NCBI GenBank assembly: GCA_964016885.1
Contig: OZ024740.1
Span: forward strand, 18,910,001-18,974,000
Reading direction: 5' to 3'
Origin: Eledone cirrhosa
Taxonomy: Eukaryota
Length of the DNA: 64,000 nt
Positions 12,142 to 26,020 of this stretch are shown piece by piece (position 1 is the stretch's first letter; every line of letters begins with the position of its first letter). The translations under genes and the position numbers were made by a program. The notes beneath the pieces are model-generated. The model was not told where the DNA came from. It saw only the letters and a program-made list of their open reading frames with translations, and ran no database searches.

Positions 12142-12148
<7 letters not shown>
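11966..12148. repeat. Family-A element with an inverted HHR pair (12044-12088 minus; 12093-12140 plus)
   Basis: CTGATGA-TTTCTCACGAAT-GAA(A)-CAR-TTCTAGTC-CTG-TA-GAAGCT on both strands; each copy partly damaged. Confidence 0.7.
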
Positions 12149-12224
<76 letters not shown>

Positions 12225-12302
12225 TATATGTATATATATTGTGCACAACAAAGCATCTATGAGAAAATCTAAGACATATTCGTATGTGTGTGTGCGCGCT
12301 CG

Positions 12303-12396
<94 letters not shown>

Positions 12397-12529
12397 GACA
12401 CGATTTATTAGAAAATACAGAGAAAACGTTACATACGTATAAGTATAGTTTTAAAATATTTACCTTCCACTAAAAGAGAAACAAATGTAAAACCATTTCG
12501 TTAACCTCGTACAGAAAAAAATTCTATGG

Positions 12530-12578
12530 CTTGTCTTTACATGTTTCACAGCTTATTGGCTGTTCATCAGAAGACAAG
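12530..12578 (-). ncRNA. Canonical minimal type I hammerhead ribozyme
   Basis: Minus strand CTTGTCTT-CTGATGA-ACAGC(CAATAA)GCTGT-GAAA-CATG-TA-AAGACAAG; 8-bp stem I, palindromic ACATGT stem III; decayed copy at 13071-13118. Confidence 0.85.
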
Positions 12579-13329
12579 TACCATTATCATTTCGTTTACG
12601 AAGAGAATTTATATAAGATTACTATTTATGTCAAACACTAACTAGGACTTAACTAAGATGACAATTCTAATATTAATAACTGTTTCTACTTTTGGCACAA
12701 GGCCAGCAATTATCTCAGTGTATTACTGGTACTTTATTTTATCGACCCCGTAAGGATGAAAGGCAAAGTTAACCTCGGCGGGATTTGAACTCAGATCATG
12801 AAGGGCCGTAACTCTTTGCTGCAAAGCATGGCGTCAGACCCTCTACTGATACTGCCAATCCACCGCCCCTTTTCTAATATGAATAACGTGCATTCATTGG
12901 CAATGTGATTAATTTAATAAATTATATTTATGCTTAACACAACTTATACTGGAAAATTCAAGATAATCTTGAGGTATATCTAGTGTCTTTATGTTCTAAT
13001 CCTCACTGTGGAAATGACATATATGTAAAAGCATATTATTATTCTCTTCGTCCACTGAAATACGTAGGGATTGCCTTTACATGTTTCACTTCTTATTGGC
13101 TATTTATCTGAAGAGAACTTAACTAAGTAGCATGAAGTCACTCGCAGACACTTTCCAGGCCCTGACCCAGAGACGTGCTGTCTCCTCTCTTTACCTTTTC
13201 TATCCTTACTACAGTAGTATCAGCTTCTCAGAACTAGGTAGTCTCATCCCACCTCCACATTCACATACATCTCCTCTCAAAACCCATGAGGTATTTAACA
13301 CCCCAGGTCGAATAACATACATGATAATG

Positions 13330-13775
13330 GTGTATTAGTTTTGTAATTTCTGCTAAGGAGCTCGAGATTTTAAGGCACACTTTCAGAAGAATTGTGCATG
13401 AGAACATTCGGTACAAGTCATATATGATGCGGAGAGACCAATTTATGTTTGAAAAAATGATAGCCATCTGGTCTGCACAAAGCGCTTGTTGAACAAGTTG
13501 ACATCAAGAGTCAAGGGTTGCTTTGCTTTTGCTCTGATGAGAAAAACTTTGATCAGGACCAAAAGGTCAACCGAAAGAATAACATATGGTTATTCAGAAA
13601 CCTTAATGACGTTCCAACCGTCATGCATACAAAGCTTCCGAGAACTGTGATGGTTTTGGGAGCCGTGAGCAATGAGGGAGATGTCATGCCTCCTCATTTC
13701 TTTCCATGGGGTTTAAGGGTCAATGCTGTTGACTATAAGGAGGTGTTGGAGAGGGTTGTGAGGCCTTAGATAGAA
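13330..13775 (+). pseudogene. Tc1/mariner-superfamily (maT/DD37D-like) transposase remnant
   Basis: FCSDEKNFDQDQKVNRKNN..WL..HTKLPRTVMVLGAVSNEGDVMPPHFF..LRVNA..Y.EVLE.VV.P. Confidence 0.75.
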
Positions 13776-14274
13776 AGCGTGGACAAAGGAAGACTACTCT
13801 AACAGCAAGAAATTGCGATCTCATAAAGTCAATACAGCCCAAGAATAGCAGATTTCTTCCAGAGACCGAAAGAGAAAATGATAGAAAGGAACTGAGAGCG
13901 AGATATATAGGAAGAATCGACCCAGTACTGAACTGATACTTCTTTTTTAATGACCCCGAAAGGATGAAAAGCAAATTTGACTTTGGTGTGATTTGAACCC
14001 AGAGAACACAAAAAGCCGGAGCGAATACCGCAAAGAATTCTACTTGACACTTTAACAACTTCTTTAATTCGTCACCGGAACATTAAAAAGAGAAGTCAGT
14101 ATGAGATTGAGATGGGTTTATGCCTCAGTGGAAAGAAAACTGGAAAAATAACAAGACAGATACGCTCTTCTGAGGAGCACTTAATACTATCGACATATAC
14201 AGGGCGACGAGTAACCAAGATGTCACGCAATAATGTGTCACCTGAAATAAACATGAAATGTTTCATCACGTTTT

Positions 14275-14481
14275 TTGGTGGAGTATATGGAGGTGTGTTA
14301 ACTTGAGCTCAACATTCCACCAACACTTGGTGGAGTATAGGGAGGTGTGTTAACTTGAGCTCAACATTCCACCAACACTTGGTGGAGTATAGGGAGGTGT
14401 GTTAACTTGAGCTCAACATTCCACCAACACTTGGTGGAGTATAGGGAGGTGTGTTAACTTGAGCTCATCATCCCACCAACA
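14275..14481. repeat. 52-bp minisatellite, about 4 copies
   Basis: TGGTGGAGTATAGGGAGGTGTGTTAACTTGAGCTCAACATTCCACCAACACT starts at 14276, 14328, 14380 and 14432. Confidence 0.9.
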
Positions 14482-15875
14482 GTTGTGAAGCTCACAATAA
14501 ATGTACGGAGGCTGACCGCCTTTCAAAACATGTCAAAGACCCCTGACCACATATATTTGAAAAGTGGTGGTTCAATAAAAGGTGTGATAAGAAACACCGA
14601 AGTGGTAAAACGAAACATCAGACACAGGAAAAGAAAGGGGAAGGCATCAAGCCACTTCTCCTTAAGGCGGCATGTGACATCTGGTTGAGGCCATGCCAGA
14701 AGTCTATAGTCTTTTATTTTTGTAATTCCTACGTGGCATGAGTTCTTTCAAAGACAATAAGAACCACAAATGTATTATGGAATCTTTGAAGAACGCCTAA
14801 AATCAGATTGCTCGGTTGTTCCGAATACTGGTAAATGACATCTTCCATTTGTCCTCCGACCAACATGTCGGTACTGTAAATACAAGTGGCCTGGGGTTGG
14901 TTTGGGAAAAGCTAGTTGGTTAACGACCTCGAGTCATTAGATTTAAACATGGTAACCAACTAGAACAGGATTTCCGGGACACGCGTATTCGCGATTCTTC
15001 TTGAGGTGTATGTATGTATCGTTGGCTCGGACCGAGCGGAGTGGCAGAATTGTTTCGAGATACGGACGCTGTGTTGGCAGCGAATAGGCCCCCAAGAATT
15101 TTGTTAAGAATTCTGAAAGCAGTTACACAGAGCCTGAAAAAAGACAAACAGAAAAAAAGGAAATAAATACATTTGAACAATGAGATACTACTACACACAT
15201 TCACACATTCACACTTCAATAAACGTAAAACAAATATGATTTCTCATGACATTAAAAGCAATAGCAGCATTGCTATTAATGGAGGAGGTGATCAATATAA
15301 ATTACTCCTGGAAAAAGAAGAAAAGTGGTATAGTTATATTATAAAGGAACTGTCCCTTCTTTCTCATAGAATTCACCAATCAATGCGAAATTGGGAGAGT
15401 CTCATATTTTTTTTTTTTTCATAACAAAGAGGAGTTCTATATGGCTGCAAAAGAATAACTGGAAGAAACTGTCGACAAATGTGTTGTTCAATGTGTAATC
15501 CATCGACTGGAGTGGGTAGTCGACTGGCTGGAGTGGGTAGTACATCGACTGGGGTATATGGTAAGATATATGGGGGTTTTAGGACCAAAGACGAGGTAAC
15601 TGGTGCGATTAAGGCTTCACCAACCTGCCTACCATTAGTGCCGCAATACATAAGGTCCCAACAGCCAGCGAGCAATGTATGGATACTGGGACCACAGTTC
15701 AGGATGGGCTTACTCAATGAACTAAATATTGTATGTTTTTTATATCTTTTTATAGATATAGTGTTTTAAAAGAAACAACAGACAATAACATTAGCACGTA
15801 ACTAATTACCTTCGTCTTACCGTCCATTGTTTTAGCCTTCTTACATCACTTATATCACTTGCCACATTATATATT

Positions 15876-16380
15876 ACTAGCCGAATTACCCACGCCTTGC
15901 TGCGTTTCACACATTTTTTTTTCTTTGTAAGAAAATGATGATTGATTTTAAACAGTGATTTAATTTATGGAGAAAAACTTTGCATTTTAATATTACTCAA
16001 TGTAAAATGTACTGCATGAAAAATTGGAAAACATTATTTTTTGTAATATATCAAATCAAAATTACATTATTAAATCTTATTCTTATTTTGTTTCTTGTAA
16101 ATAATTTTTTTCAAAATATCAATTCAAAACTTTTGTGAATAGGCATCATATCTTGTAATTTACCTATGGTTTAAATTTCATATAAATCGAAGGGAAAAAC
16201 TTTTCAGCGAGGATTAGTGCCCCCGAGGAACCCTTTGATTAAAATAAAATATACTTATCCAAGTACCCTGGGCAATGTAGTTTCAGAATATATATGGTTA
16301 TGGGGGGGGGGGGTCTATCTCTAAAACCATTGGAGGAGTTCGTGAACAAACAAACAGACAGGAACTAGAACTTTATATAT
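15876..16380 (-). mobile_element. Non-autonomous Helitron-like element
   Basis: Minus-strand 3' end CTAGT preceded by a GC-rich segment; other end has CTGTCTGTTTGTTTGTT next to (TA)n. Confidence 0.5.
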
Positions 16381-16964
16381 ATATATATACAATGCTTCAA
16401 ACTACAACATTTTATTAAATGTTTTAATGTTTTTTTGTATAACATTCTTTGCCCCACCCCATACGACTTTTTAATCACCACACAACCACTTTTGACGCTT
16501 AAGGTTTTCTATGCATGAATGAACGCGTATGCAATTGTCCTCGGAGAGAGCTGAAGAACCATAACCTTGGACAGGGTCTTGTACCAGGTTCCGTCAGCTG
16601 ATGCCAGATGAGCCCAGGACTCGTGTCAGGTTTGGTTCACATACCTTAAAATAATGGCTGAAACCACTACTAACTAGCTATCCTTTATTATTTTTTTAGC
16701 AGTATCGGTAGACGGTTGGACGCTATGCTTTGCAGCATAGAATTACGGCCCTTGCCATTCTGAGTTCAAATCCCGCCGAGGTTAACTTTGCCTTTTATCC
16801 TTACGGGGTCGATAAAATAAAGTACCAGTAATGCACTGGGATAATTGCTGGCCTTGTGCCAAACGTAGAAACAATTACTATTATTGCGCTGTCATGCTGT
16901 GTAGATAGATAATGCACCGGGGTATTTAGTCATGTGTCAAGTCGCAACAAGGACATCTTGGGGA

Positions 16965-17360
16965 CACTGAGGGCGTCGATGAAAATCAACTAGCCAATCT
17001 CTTCCGGAGAACTTTCCGGTCGGGGCTCATGAACACCTTCCAAAAATCCCTGGCCTGGCAGTGCTACTGAGGGGCTTTGCCAGGCATGGAAGTGCCGTCA
17101 GCCGGACCAATCCAAGATGCGCGTAGGGCGACAAAACCGTCCTGCACACACTCGTCCAGTGTCAGAACATTGCAGACTTGTGGGCTTATATCGAACACCT
17201 GCTGTCGCGTGTAGGTCGGATCCGACTACCAACTGAGTCCGTCGTGAGGATTTCCCCACCGCCATCCTTTAGCCAGGAAGGGCAGGTAGATTTTATCTGC
17301 CTGTTGGCCATAGCGAAAGCGATCGTGTGCTGGACAAGTTTGAAATGGCTGAAGACGTCG
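16965..17360 (+). pseudogene. Tx1/L1-like ORF2 3' fragment
   Basis: Homologous to 44815-45230 (GVDENQLANLF..FQKSLAWQCY..EHLLSRVGRI). Confidence 0.8.
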
Positions 17361-17539
17361 TTTGCAGACTAGATGTTTAAGGTGCTTCTGCCTCAAATAT
17401 TCATGTCTACATCAGTCCAGAAAATGTCAAACCACTGCTGGGTAGAAAGGCAATAATTCATCTTCATTTAACTCCACGGCTCGATAACACAATTTGCTCA
17501 ATAGACTGTTCGACAATTTCAAAACAATTTCCACTGCTG

Positions 17540-18720
17540 TTCAGTCCAGGTATTGGCCGTATACCAAAAGCTCAACACCTTATTCAGCTTAAACCTGATG
17601 CGAAGCTAGTTGCAATATCTCAACCACGTCCAATTGCATTGGCTAAGGTGGATGCTGTTAAACAGGCATTGTCCGAAATAGTAGAGGCTGATCTAATTGA
17701 AGAAATAGATCGCAGCGAATGGGTGCATCCAATGGTAGCAGTGATGAAAAAAGACGGTCGAATGCGCATATGTTGTGATCTGCGGCAACTAAACAAGCAA
17801 ATAATCGTCGATAAATTTGATGAACTGTTAGTTAAGCTGGCAGGGGCAAAGTGTTTCTCAGTCCTCGATATAACTAAAGCATATTTCCACCTCGAGCTGA
17901 CCGATGAATCCAAGCGTATTACGGCATTTCTTACACCAGTGGGCCTCTTCCAATACAAAGAACTTCCCATGGGTTTGAGCTCAGCACCGGCAGCGTGGCA
18001 GTAATTCATTTCTCATGCGCTTCAAAATATCAACGGCGTCATAGTTTACATGGATGACATTTGTGTTTTTGGAAGCAATGAATTAACTCACAACTCGACA
18101 CTTGATAAGGTTCTCACTCGACTTGAATCATTAAATCTTCGAATAAATTTAGATAAATGTGTACTAAACTCATCCGAAATACCGTTCCTAGGCCACATCA
18201 TCTCAGCCAATGGAATTAAACCAAGCAAAGAGAACACAATGGCTATTCGGAATGCACCGATTCCACAAAAGGCACAAGTTCGTCAATTTTTGGGTCTTTG
18301 TTCTTACTACCTTCGATTTTTGCCCAATTTTGCTTCCATCACAGAACCAATGCGTCGCCTAACAAAGAAAGATACGACCTTTGAATGGACAAGTGAGCAA
18401 GACGAAAGTTTTCAAGCAGTTAAGAATCTGTTAGTCTCAGCACCAATTCTTTCCGTATTTGATATAAATTGTGACACCATTGTCTACACAGATGCTTCCG
18501 GCGTTGGCTTAGGGGCATGTTCAAGGGTGGCAAGGGTCATCGTCCAATGAGAATTGCGCGTTGGTATGCTCGGCTGCTCAACTACAATTTCATTATAGAG
18601 TACATCCGAGGGTCAAGCAATCAAGTAGCTGACGCACTTTTTCGGTTCCCAGAGCTTGGTTCGACAGATGGTTCAAATGACGAAGATGAAATCATAGCTG
18701 CCATCGAAAACTCTCAACTG
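17540..18720 (+). pseudogene. Ty3/Gypsy LTR-retrotransposon pol remnant (RT, RNase H)
   Basis: SEWVHPMVAVMKKDGRMRICCDLRQLN, FSVLDITKAYFH, LPMGLSSAPA, YMDDICVFG, FLGLCSYY, YTDASGVGLGA, RIARW..L.NYNF.IEYIRG..NQVADAL; stops and deletions present. Confidence 0.9.
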
Positions 18721-21700
18721 TACCGAGAACAACGGTGGCACTAAAGACAACAATGATAACAGCGACAGTGATAACAACAACACCAACAAGAACAACGACA
18801 ACAACAACAACACCAAGAAGAACACTTTCGCTGCGGCAGCAGCAAAAATGAGGCCATGCTTCAACATGGACCTCTCAAACAAAGATGAAAAGTTGGCCCA
18901 GGCATGGAAGCTCATCAAGCAAGAGCAAACCTGGGCCAACTTAACTGTCCCGGTAGAAGCTATTGAGGCAGTGGAGCGCAGAACGGTGCATTATAGATGC
19001 ATCTCAGCACAAACCAAAAGGGCAGCTTTAATCCCACAAGCAGATGTCGAAGTCTCGCTGAGGTGCATCGGCGAAGACACCGAATACATAAAGAGGGGAA
19101 GACAGTACGGCACCATTTCGGTGTTGTTCAAGTCAGAAGCCCTCGCTATGAAACAGGCTATGACTCCTTGCAGAACCAGCAAAGTCATAATGTACCCCTC
19201 CCACATGGGAAAAAGAACGGCGCGTCTCCGCATTCCCAGAATCCCACCAGGACTTGACATGTGGTGGCTTCTGGGATGTGTGATTGTGGAGGGGACGGAT
19301 ACCGTCCCTATAGAAGTGACCAGAACCACCAGAGAGGACTGGCCCGGGGTTGACCTGGAGATCCTTCTCCAGATCAGGCTCGAGAATGTGAAGACAATCG
19401 CGGACCACATCCGCCTTCAGAATGGGACGGTCATTCACATTATGACCGAAGGCAAAAGGCCGCAGTGTTTTGTTTGTGGGGAAAAAACCCATTTGCGAGT
19501 CTTCTGCCTTCAACTGCTGAAAGAGGCAAGGGGTCGAAAGGCTCCACTGCTGCCGACGCCGGGGCGAGGATCACAACCAACACCAGCACCGGCGACACCA
19601 CCACCAACAACACCAATAGAAAGACCACCACCAACATTGACCACCCAGGGGGGAAACGAGGAAAGCTGTCAAATTCCTCCTCCCCCCAAAATACACACAC
19701 CAATAAAACCATAAACATACATACAGACACACTTACAGACACAGACCCCTCATCTACCAGTAGTGAAGATGAGGGAAAACCAAAATCCCCCAAAATACAA
19801 AAAAGAAACACAAAAATAAAAATAAAACTCAACAAAGCACAAAATAACCCACAATAAAAAACGCAGACACCACCCACGCAAACATCTCTCCAATAACACC
19901 AACATCAACACCACCATCACCATCACCATAATCCCCCAAACGCAAACAACCTAAACAGACGCAAGAACAAATATATACACAAACATCTGAAACCACAGAC
20001 ACCGCACTCACAACAGACACAGACACAACCGAAACATAACCACCAAAACCATCACCACCACAGCCACGCAAACAAATAAAATCACACCAACAAAACATAC
20101 AAAACTTCGTGCTCGTCAGGAGGGCCAACAAGGAACTGATGGCCCTCGTAGCACGAAGTGAAAGTATACAAAAAGAGGGACAAAGTTTTAAATCGAGCAC
20201 ATTTCGCGTGCCGGAAGATTTGGTTCTGGTGCGAATGTCGCTCGATATATTCAAAGAAATACGAGACAGCTTTCCTCGGGACGTGGGAACCCCGAACGTA
20301 AAACCCACTTCAAGACTTTTAAGGGGTTCCCAAAAGAAACCCCACCAACTGTGGAGGTCGAACAACCCGACCTTCACAAGAGCCCGGAAGGTAAGTAAAC
20401 CTTCCTCTCTCTCTTTTTAATCTGCCAACATGGCCGTATTAAGAGTAGGATGTTTAAATGTTCGAGGCCTGGGATCGTCCTGGAAGCAGGGTCACCTGCT
20501 CAACGACCTCAGGTCTCTAGAAATGGATGTAATTGCCGTCAGCGAGACCAGGATTTCCGACACGCGCGCACTAGCCCCCATTTTCGTCGACTATCAGATC
20601 TTTGCATCTGTTAGCCGGCCGGGAATGGGAGGCGGGGTGGAAGTACTGTTTAGGAAAGGCCTGGATCTCGAGGTAAGACCGATCTTCCGGGACCCGGACG
20701 GGAAGTTGGTGGTCCTGGACGTGAACAATAACGAAGGTGGTGCCTTTAGACTGGTGGCCGTCTATGCCTCTACTGGGGCAGGACGGCCGGACTTCTTTAG
20801 ACGCCTGGAAGCCTTTCTGGGTACGTCTCGCCCTTCACTGTTACCTGGGGACTGGAACGGCATCTTAGGCGCACGCTGGGACTGTGTGGGAGTATCCGAT
20901 AGGAGCAGGGGGGGGGGGGGCAAAAGCCTCAAGAACCTGATCAGCCAGTTCCAACTGTCTGACAGGTACCGACTAGATTTCCCTAATGCGCCAGTGTGGA
21001 CCTGGGCTAACCGCATAGGGTAATCTAGATCGTATATAGACAGGATATTCATCAGGAAAATACACAGAAATAGTGTAAGCTGGACACGTTTTGAAACGGT
21101 CACCTATTCAGATCACAAGTTTGTGATCTGTATGGTCGACCTAGATAAGACGCGTAGATTAGGACCTGGTTACTGGAAGCTAAACATGTCATTTCCGACA
21201 CGTAAGGCTTACAGGGACCAGGTCAACAATTTAGTTAAGAAAAAGTTGACAGAGGGAGTCGTCAACAATAGATGGTGGGGGGGAGGCTCTCAAAAGAGAG
21301 ATTAGAGTAATGTCGATAGAGTTTAGCAAAGAAGTAGCGTTAGAGAAAAATAGAAAGGAGGGAGAGTTGGTAGATAAGTTAGACGAGGCTATTGGTAGTG
21401 GCATTGCAACTGATGTGCTAGCGGCGAGAATGGCATTAGACCATTTCTTCAATGCGAAACACGAAGGTTGCATTGTCAGAGCTAAGGCGCATGCTCTGAG
21501 AAACGAGGGCACCAAAGCTGTTCGATGGGCCCACGTGGCAGAGGTGCATCGTGGTAATAAAACCACGATCGGTCCTTGATGGACCGAGACGGGCACGAGC
21601 TGAGCGATTCCAAGAGGATGTGTGAGGCCTTTCGCCAACATTTTGCTCGGTTGTTCGGGGGAGCTGGCGGGTCAGAGATGGTGGCGGACTTCAGTCCCTA

Positions 21701-23951
21701 CCTCGATGGCTTGCTGCAACTCTCGACGGCTGACGCTGGGCGCTGCGAAAGGCCAATTACTTCAGCGAGTTTCAGGATGCCCTTGTCGGCTGCATGAGGC
21801 GCAAGTTACCTGGTTTGGTGGTCTGCCCTACGAGCTTTACGTAAATATGCCAGACTTGTTCTCCAATCTCCTCGAAGCCCTCTACTGCAACTGGCAGCAA
21901 AACGGGAGTATTCCCAGTTCTGTGAGCCGGGGCGTAGTTACGCTGATAAGGAAAGACGAGAACAAGAGGGACACATTAGACAATTTCAAGCCCATAACTC
22001 TGCTCAACACAGAGTTTAAGATTTTGGCCAGTGTGTTAGCAAAGAGGTTGGCGCTTGTCGTCGGGGATTTGGTTGGGGAGGCGCAAACTTGCGCAATCCC
22101 AACCAGGTCCATACATGACAACCTCCACCTAATGCGATACATCACAGAGAGGGTAAGGTGTAAACCTGGCTTCGGTGGGGCTCTGATCAATTTAGATCAA
22201 TCGAAAGCATTCGATAGGGTCGACCATCGGTATCTGGAGGCTGTCCTCAAAGCGGCTGGCTTCGGCCCCGTCTTCAGAAGCTGGAACGCTGCAATGCACA
22301 GCGGCACCTGCTCGATGGTCAAAATTAATGGCCACCTCTTGGAACCGTTTCAGATCTCCCGATCGGTCCGTCAAGAGTGCCTTCTCTCCTCCCTTCTGTA
22401 CGTATTGACTCTCGAGCCTTTACTGCGGAAGCTGGAGCTGTTGCAGGGCATCCCGCTAGAACCGGGACGAGGAAAGGCTGTGTCGGCTTATGCCGTCCAA
22501 CAGCGTCGTCGGTCGCTGGACGGACGGACCGGTTAAATTGCTAGGGGTCTGGTTCGGTCCAGACCTCCAGACGGACAAAAACTGGGACGAGGTGACGAGC
22601 AGGGTGGCTTCTCTCACCCAGAAATGGGCCGAGAGGAAGCTATCCCTGAAAGGTCGAGCGGAGGTGGCGAATGCGTACATCGCATCCGTCATCTACTACC
22701 GCCTGACCGTCGTACCTTGTCCTAAGCCCCGCCTGACTGCGCTGGAGCGTTTGCTCTTTCGCTTCTTGTGGAAGGGACGCGCTCCGATGGTCAGGCGGTC
22801 CATCTGCTGTCAACACCCGCTACGTGGAGGGATGGGCATGCCGTGGCTGATGATGCGCAGACACGCGCTCAGGCTACGACATCTCCACCTCTTCCTCGAC
22901 GGTGATCAGGTGTGGTCGCCGTTTGCTAGACACGTTTTTCCCCAGCTCGTCTCCTTGACGGAGCTGCAGTCCTGGGTCAAGCGAAGACCGAGAGGGAGCG
23001 CTTGGAGACTGGAATGTCTTCAGGCGCTCACAGCCCTCGACCAATCGGGCAATGTGATCGGTGGAAACTCCACCTTGGCGTTCTACAGGGTATTAGTGGA
23101 GGGGAAGAGCGACGACGTACTTGGAGAAACTCTAGGCGTCGACGAAAATCAACTAGCCAATCTCTTCGGAAGGACTTTCGGTCCGGGGCCTATGGACAAC
23201 TTCCAGAAATCCCTGGCCTGGCAGTGCTACCGGGGTGCTTTGCCAGTTCGGGATAAACTTTACAGGCATGGAGGTGCCGTCAGCCGGGCATGTCCGAGAT
23301 GCGCACAGGGCGACGAAACCGTCCTGCACGCACTCACCCAGTGTCCGAGCATTACTGACTTGTGGGTTTATGTCGAACACCTGCTGTCACGTGTAGGACG
23401 GATCCAGCTATCAGCTGAGTCCATCGTGAGGATTGCCCCGCCCTCTTCCTTTAGCCGGGAAGGGCAGGCAGTTTTTATCTGTCTGGTGGCCATGGCGAAA
23501 GAGATAGTATGGTGGACACGTTTGAAAGGGCTGAAGACGAGCACTTACCTCTTCGGTGATGCCCTGATTAACTTTTTCAAATTTCATCTGAAAAGGAAAA
23601 TCAGGGTAGAGAGGGAAGTGCTCTCTTCCCAGCATTTTGTTGAAAGATGGGTGAGAGAAGCAAGTATGGCCCGAATGAATGGGCCTCCTCTGAGTATGTG
23701 TCTGTAAATTAAAGGTGGAAAACTGGGAGAGGGCACTTGCCCTGGTGGTCAGGGCCACTGTGGTCTTTTAATGGGCTTTCTCCACAAATGTCCCTCGGAA
23801 GTCTTCCCCCTATTGGGGAATTTTTTCTTTGTTATTTTATTTCAACCTCTGTTTTTTTTACACGCAGAAATGCCCATTTGTACCGTCCTGTATTGTCCTG
23901 TACTGTCCTTAATGTCTACTTTATGTAAACCCTTGTGGTTAATAAAGAAAA

Positions 23952-23983
<32 letters not shown>
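18720..23983 (+). mobile_element. Tx1/L1-like LINE, degenerate and chimeric, with (TTA)n tail
   Basis: ORF1 from about 18848 with CFVCGEKTHLRVFC knuckle; ORF2 from 20430 (APE motifs GCLNVRGL, SETR, GDWN; RT) to 23707 with frameshifts; AATAAA and (ATT)n at 23941-23983. Confidence 0.9.
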
Positions 23984-23985
<2 letters not shown>

Positions 23986-24179
23986 GTTTTCTCGTCTGCC
24001 AATTTCCTTTCTTACACCACACACAAAAAAACTTAGACAATCAATCAAATATGGAGGCTTAAGAAATATCCTAACGTTTACAAACATTTTAGTATCTTTA
24101 TTTTTCTGGAACGTGCCTATATCTATCATTATAGGTAACATCGTTGTGTTTTCACAGAGGTTCTTGTGTATCATTTCAC

Positions 24180-24560
24180 TTGAACTAACTACAAATCAAA
24201 CGACAGTCACATTTATTAACTCTTATATTGTCTTTACTTCTGAAACTAAGTCTATTTAATTCTTTAGCTTTTTCAGTTAGTTTCTCTACATTATAGTCAT
24301 TCAGTATAGCCATGTCAATTATTAATACGTTATTGTTATTTATGTCATGGAAAATGGTGTGAGACTTATTAAATGAAGGTATGTCTGTATATAACCATTC
24401 CATAGGATCTCCACATTGTTATTTTCTAAGACAGGTGGATTTGCTCTGCTATGAATAAAGACCGCAGAGATTTTTCTTTCAGAAGTTCAAAGTTGGTGGC
24501 TAAGTGTGTGTATAGAGGAATGTTACTAAGTTGTGTCTCCAAGTACATTTACTGATAGTT
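24180..24560 (-). pseudogene. Old R4-like RLE remnant
   Basis: VLIIDMAILNDYNVEKLTEKAKEL resembles the RLE region after the PD motif. Confidence 0.4.
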
Positions 24561-24654
24561 AATACTAAAGTCATCCTCATACAATATAACGTATTGTTTC
24601 AGAAAATAGATCACCGAGATGGCATTTGTTAAATGTATTATAGAATTTGTTGTA

Positions 24655-25200
24655 GAGGCTCGTAGCCTCGTGGTAAGTGTGTTGGACTTATGATCATAAT
24701 GTCGTATATTCGATTCCTGGACTGCGTTGCGTTTTATGTTCTTAAGCAAAACACTTCATTTCACGTTGATCCAGTATACTCAACTGAAAATGAGTACCAG
24801 CAATAACTGGGGTCTAACCCTGTGATGGAATGGCGTCATGTCCAAGGGAGAGTGTTGTACTCTCAGTCGCTTCATGCCACAGAAACTGAGATAAGCACTG
24901 GACTAACGAGCATTCTGACTTAGGATAGACGTTTAGATTATAGGAATTAGAGAAGGCGCGCGGCCTGGTGGTTAGGGGGATGGACTCATGGTCATGAGTT
25001 CGATTCTCGGTCCGGGTGGTGAATTGTGATCTTGAATAAGTGACTTCATTTCAGGTTGCTCCAGTCTACTCAACTGAAAATGTGTAACAGGCGCAGCAGC
25101 AACTGCTGCAACAATGGACTAGCCTCTCAGCCATAAGAGAGAGTCTTATATTCTCAGTCGCTTAACGCCTCATGAAACTAGGATAAATTCCGGTTTTCGA
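24655..25200 (+). mobile_element. Two tandem tRNA-derived SINEs of a second family
   Basis: A and B box-like heads (GGCCTGGTGGTTAGG..GAGTTCGATTC) and a shared ACTTCATTTCA.GTTG.TCCAGT.TACTCAACTGAAAATG body at about 24753 and 25043. Confidence 0.6.
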
Positions 25201-26020
25201 GCAACCCATACCAACCAGTGCCGGATTTACCATTATGCTTAGGTCCCCGTTTTCAAAGCGGTGCCCATCTTACTGCAAAAAAAAAATTACCACCTTTATG
25301 GCCCAAGTAAGGGTCCTCATAACTAGTACAGGGCTTCATTTGTCCTAAACCTTGCACTGATACCAACATAGAAAAACAAAAACGGACATAAAACCGACGC
25401 AGACAAATAAAGAAAACTTATAGGAATTGCGAATAATATTTCTTTCAATTAATTCATTATAATAGATTTTTGTATGGCAAATGAGGTCACGTCTGATGTT
25501 TGGCTATTATTCAATCAACACTAGGTTAATTTGATATATTGTTCGATATCTGAAGCTGTCTGCTGGTGGAGATATATAAAATGTAAGGTCATACACCTGT
25601 GCCATTTCAATTTCAATATTTTTAACAAAGTATTTAATGCAGATTTCCTTTGTTCAATAATAATCGAATACAAGCCAATTTTTGCTGCATTTCATTGATA
25701 ATCGATCGTTTCACTATCATAGATGTTACCTGTAACTCAGGCTTAACACCACTGTCTGGGGTACATTTTGGGTACCTTCAGTATCGACCACCAGTTTCAA
25801 AGGCTATAACATGGGTTATCGGTGTTACCCTTCCTTCCCTGGTAAAGTCACATAACAAAAACAAAAGAAACAAAAGTCCATAGGAAATATTTTGTGAAGT
25901 TTAAAGAAACAGAGCAGTTTATAACAATCTTCATAAACTATTCTCTGGCTTTCAATAATCGTTAGTGGCACTACGGGCTGGCCCCAAAATCACTAGAGTA
26001 TAATGCATATATATATATAT

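Noticed and set aside
13132-13260. Possible CR1/Jockey-type LINE 3' peptide (RRAVSSLYLFYPYY..SEL..LIPP)
   Set aside because: Too short to assign confidently
14275-14481. CRISPR-like array
   Set aside because: Units are contiguous and near-identical with no unique spacers, no cas genes, and the context is eukaryotic
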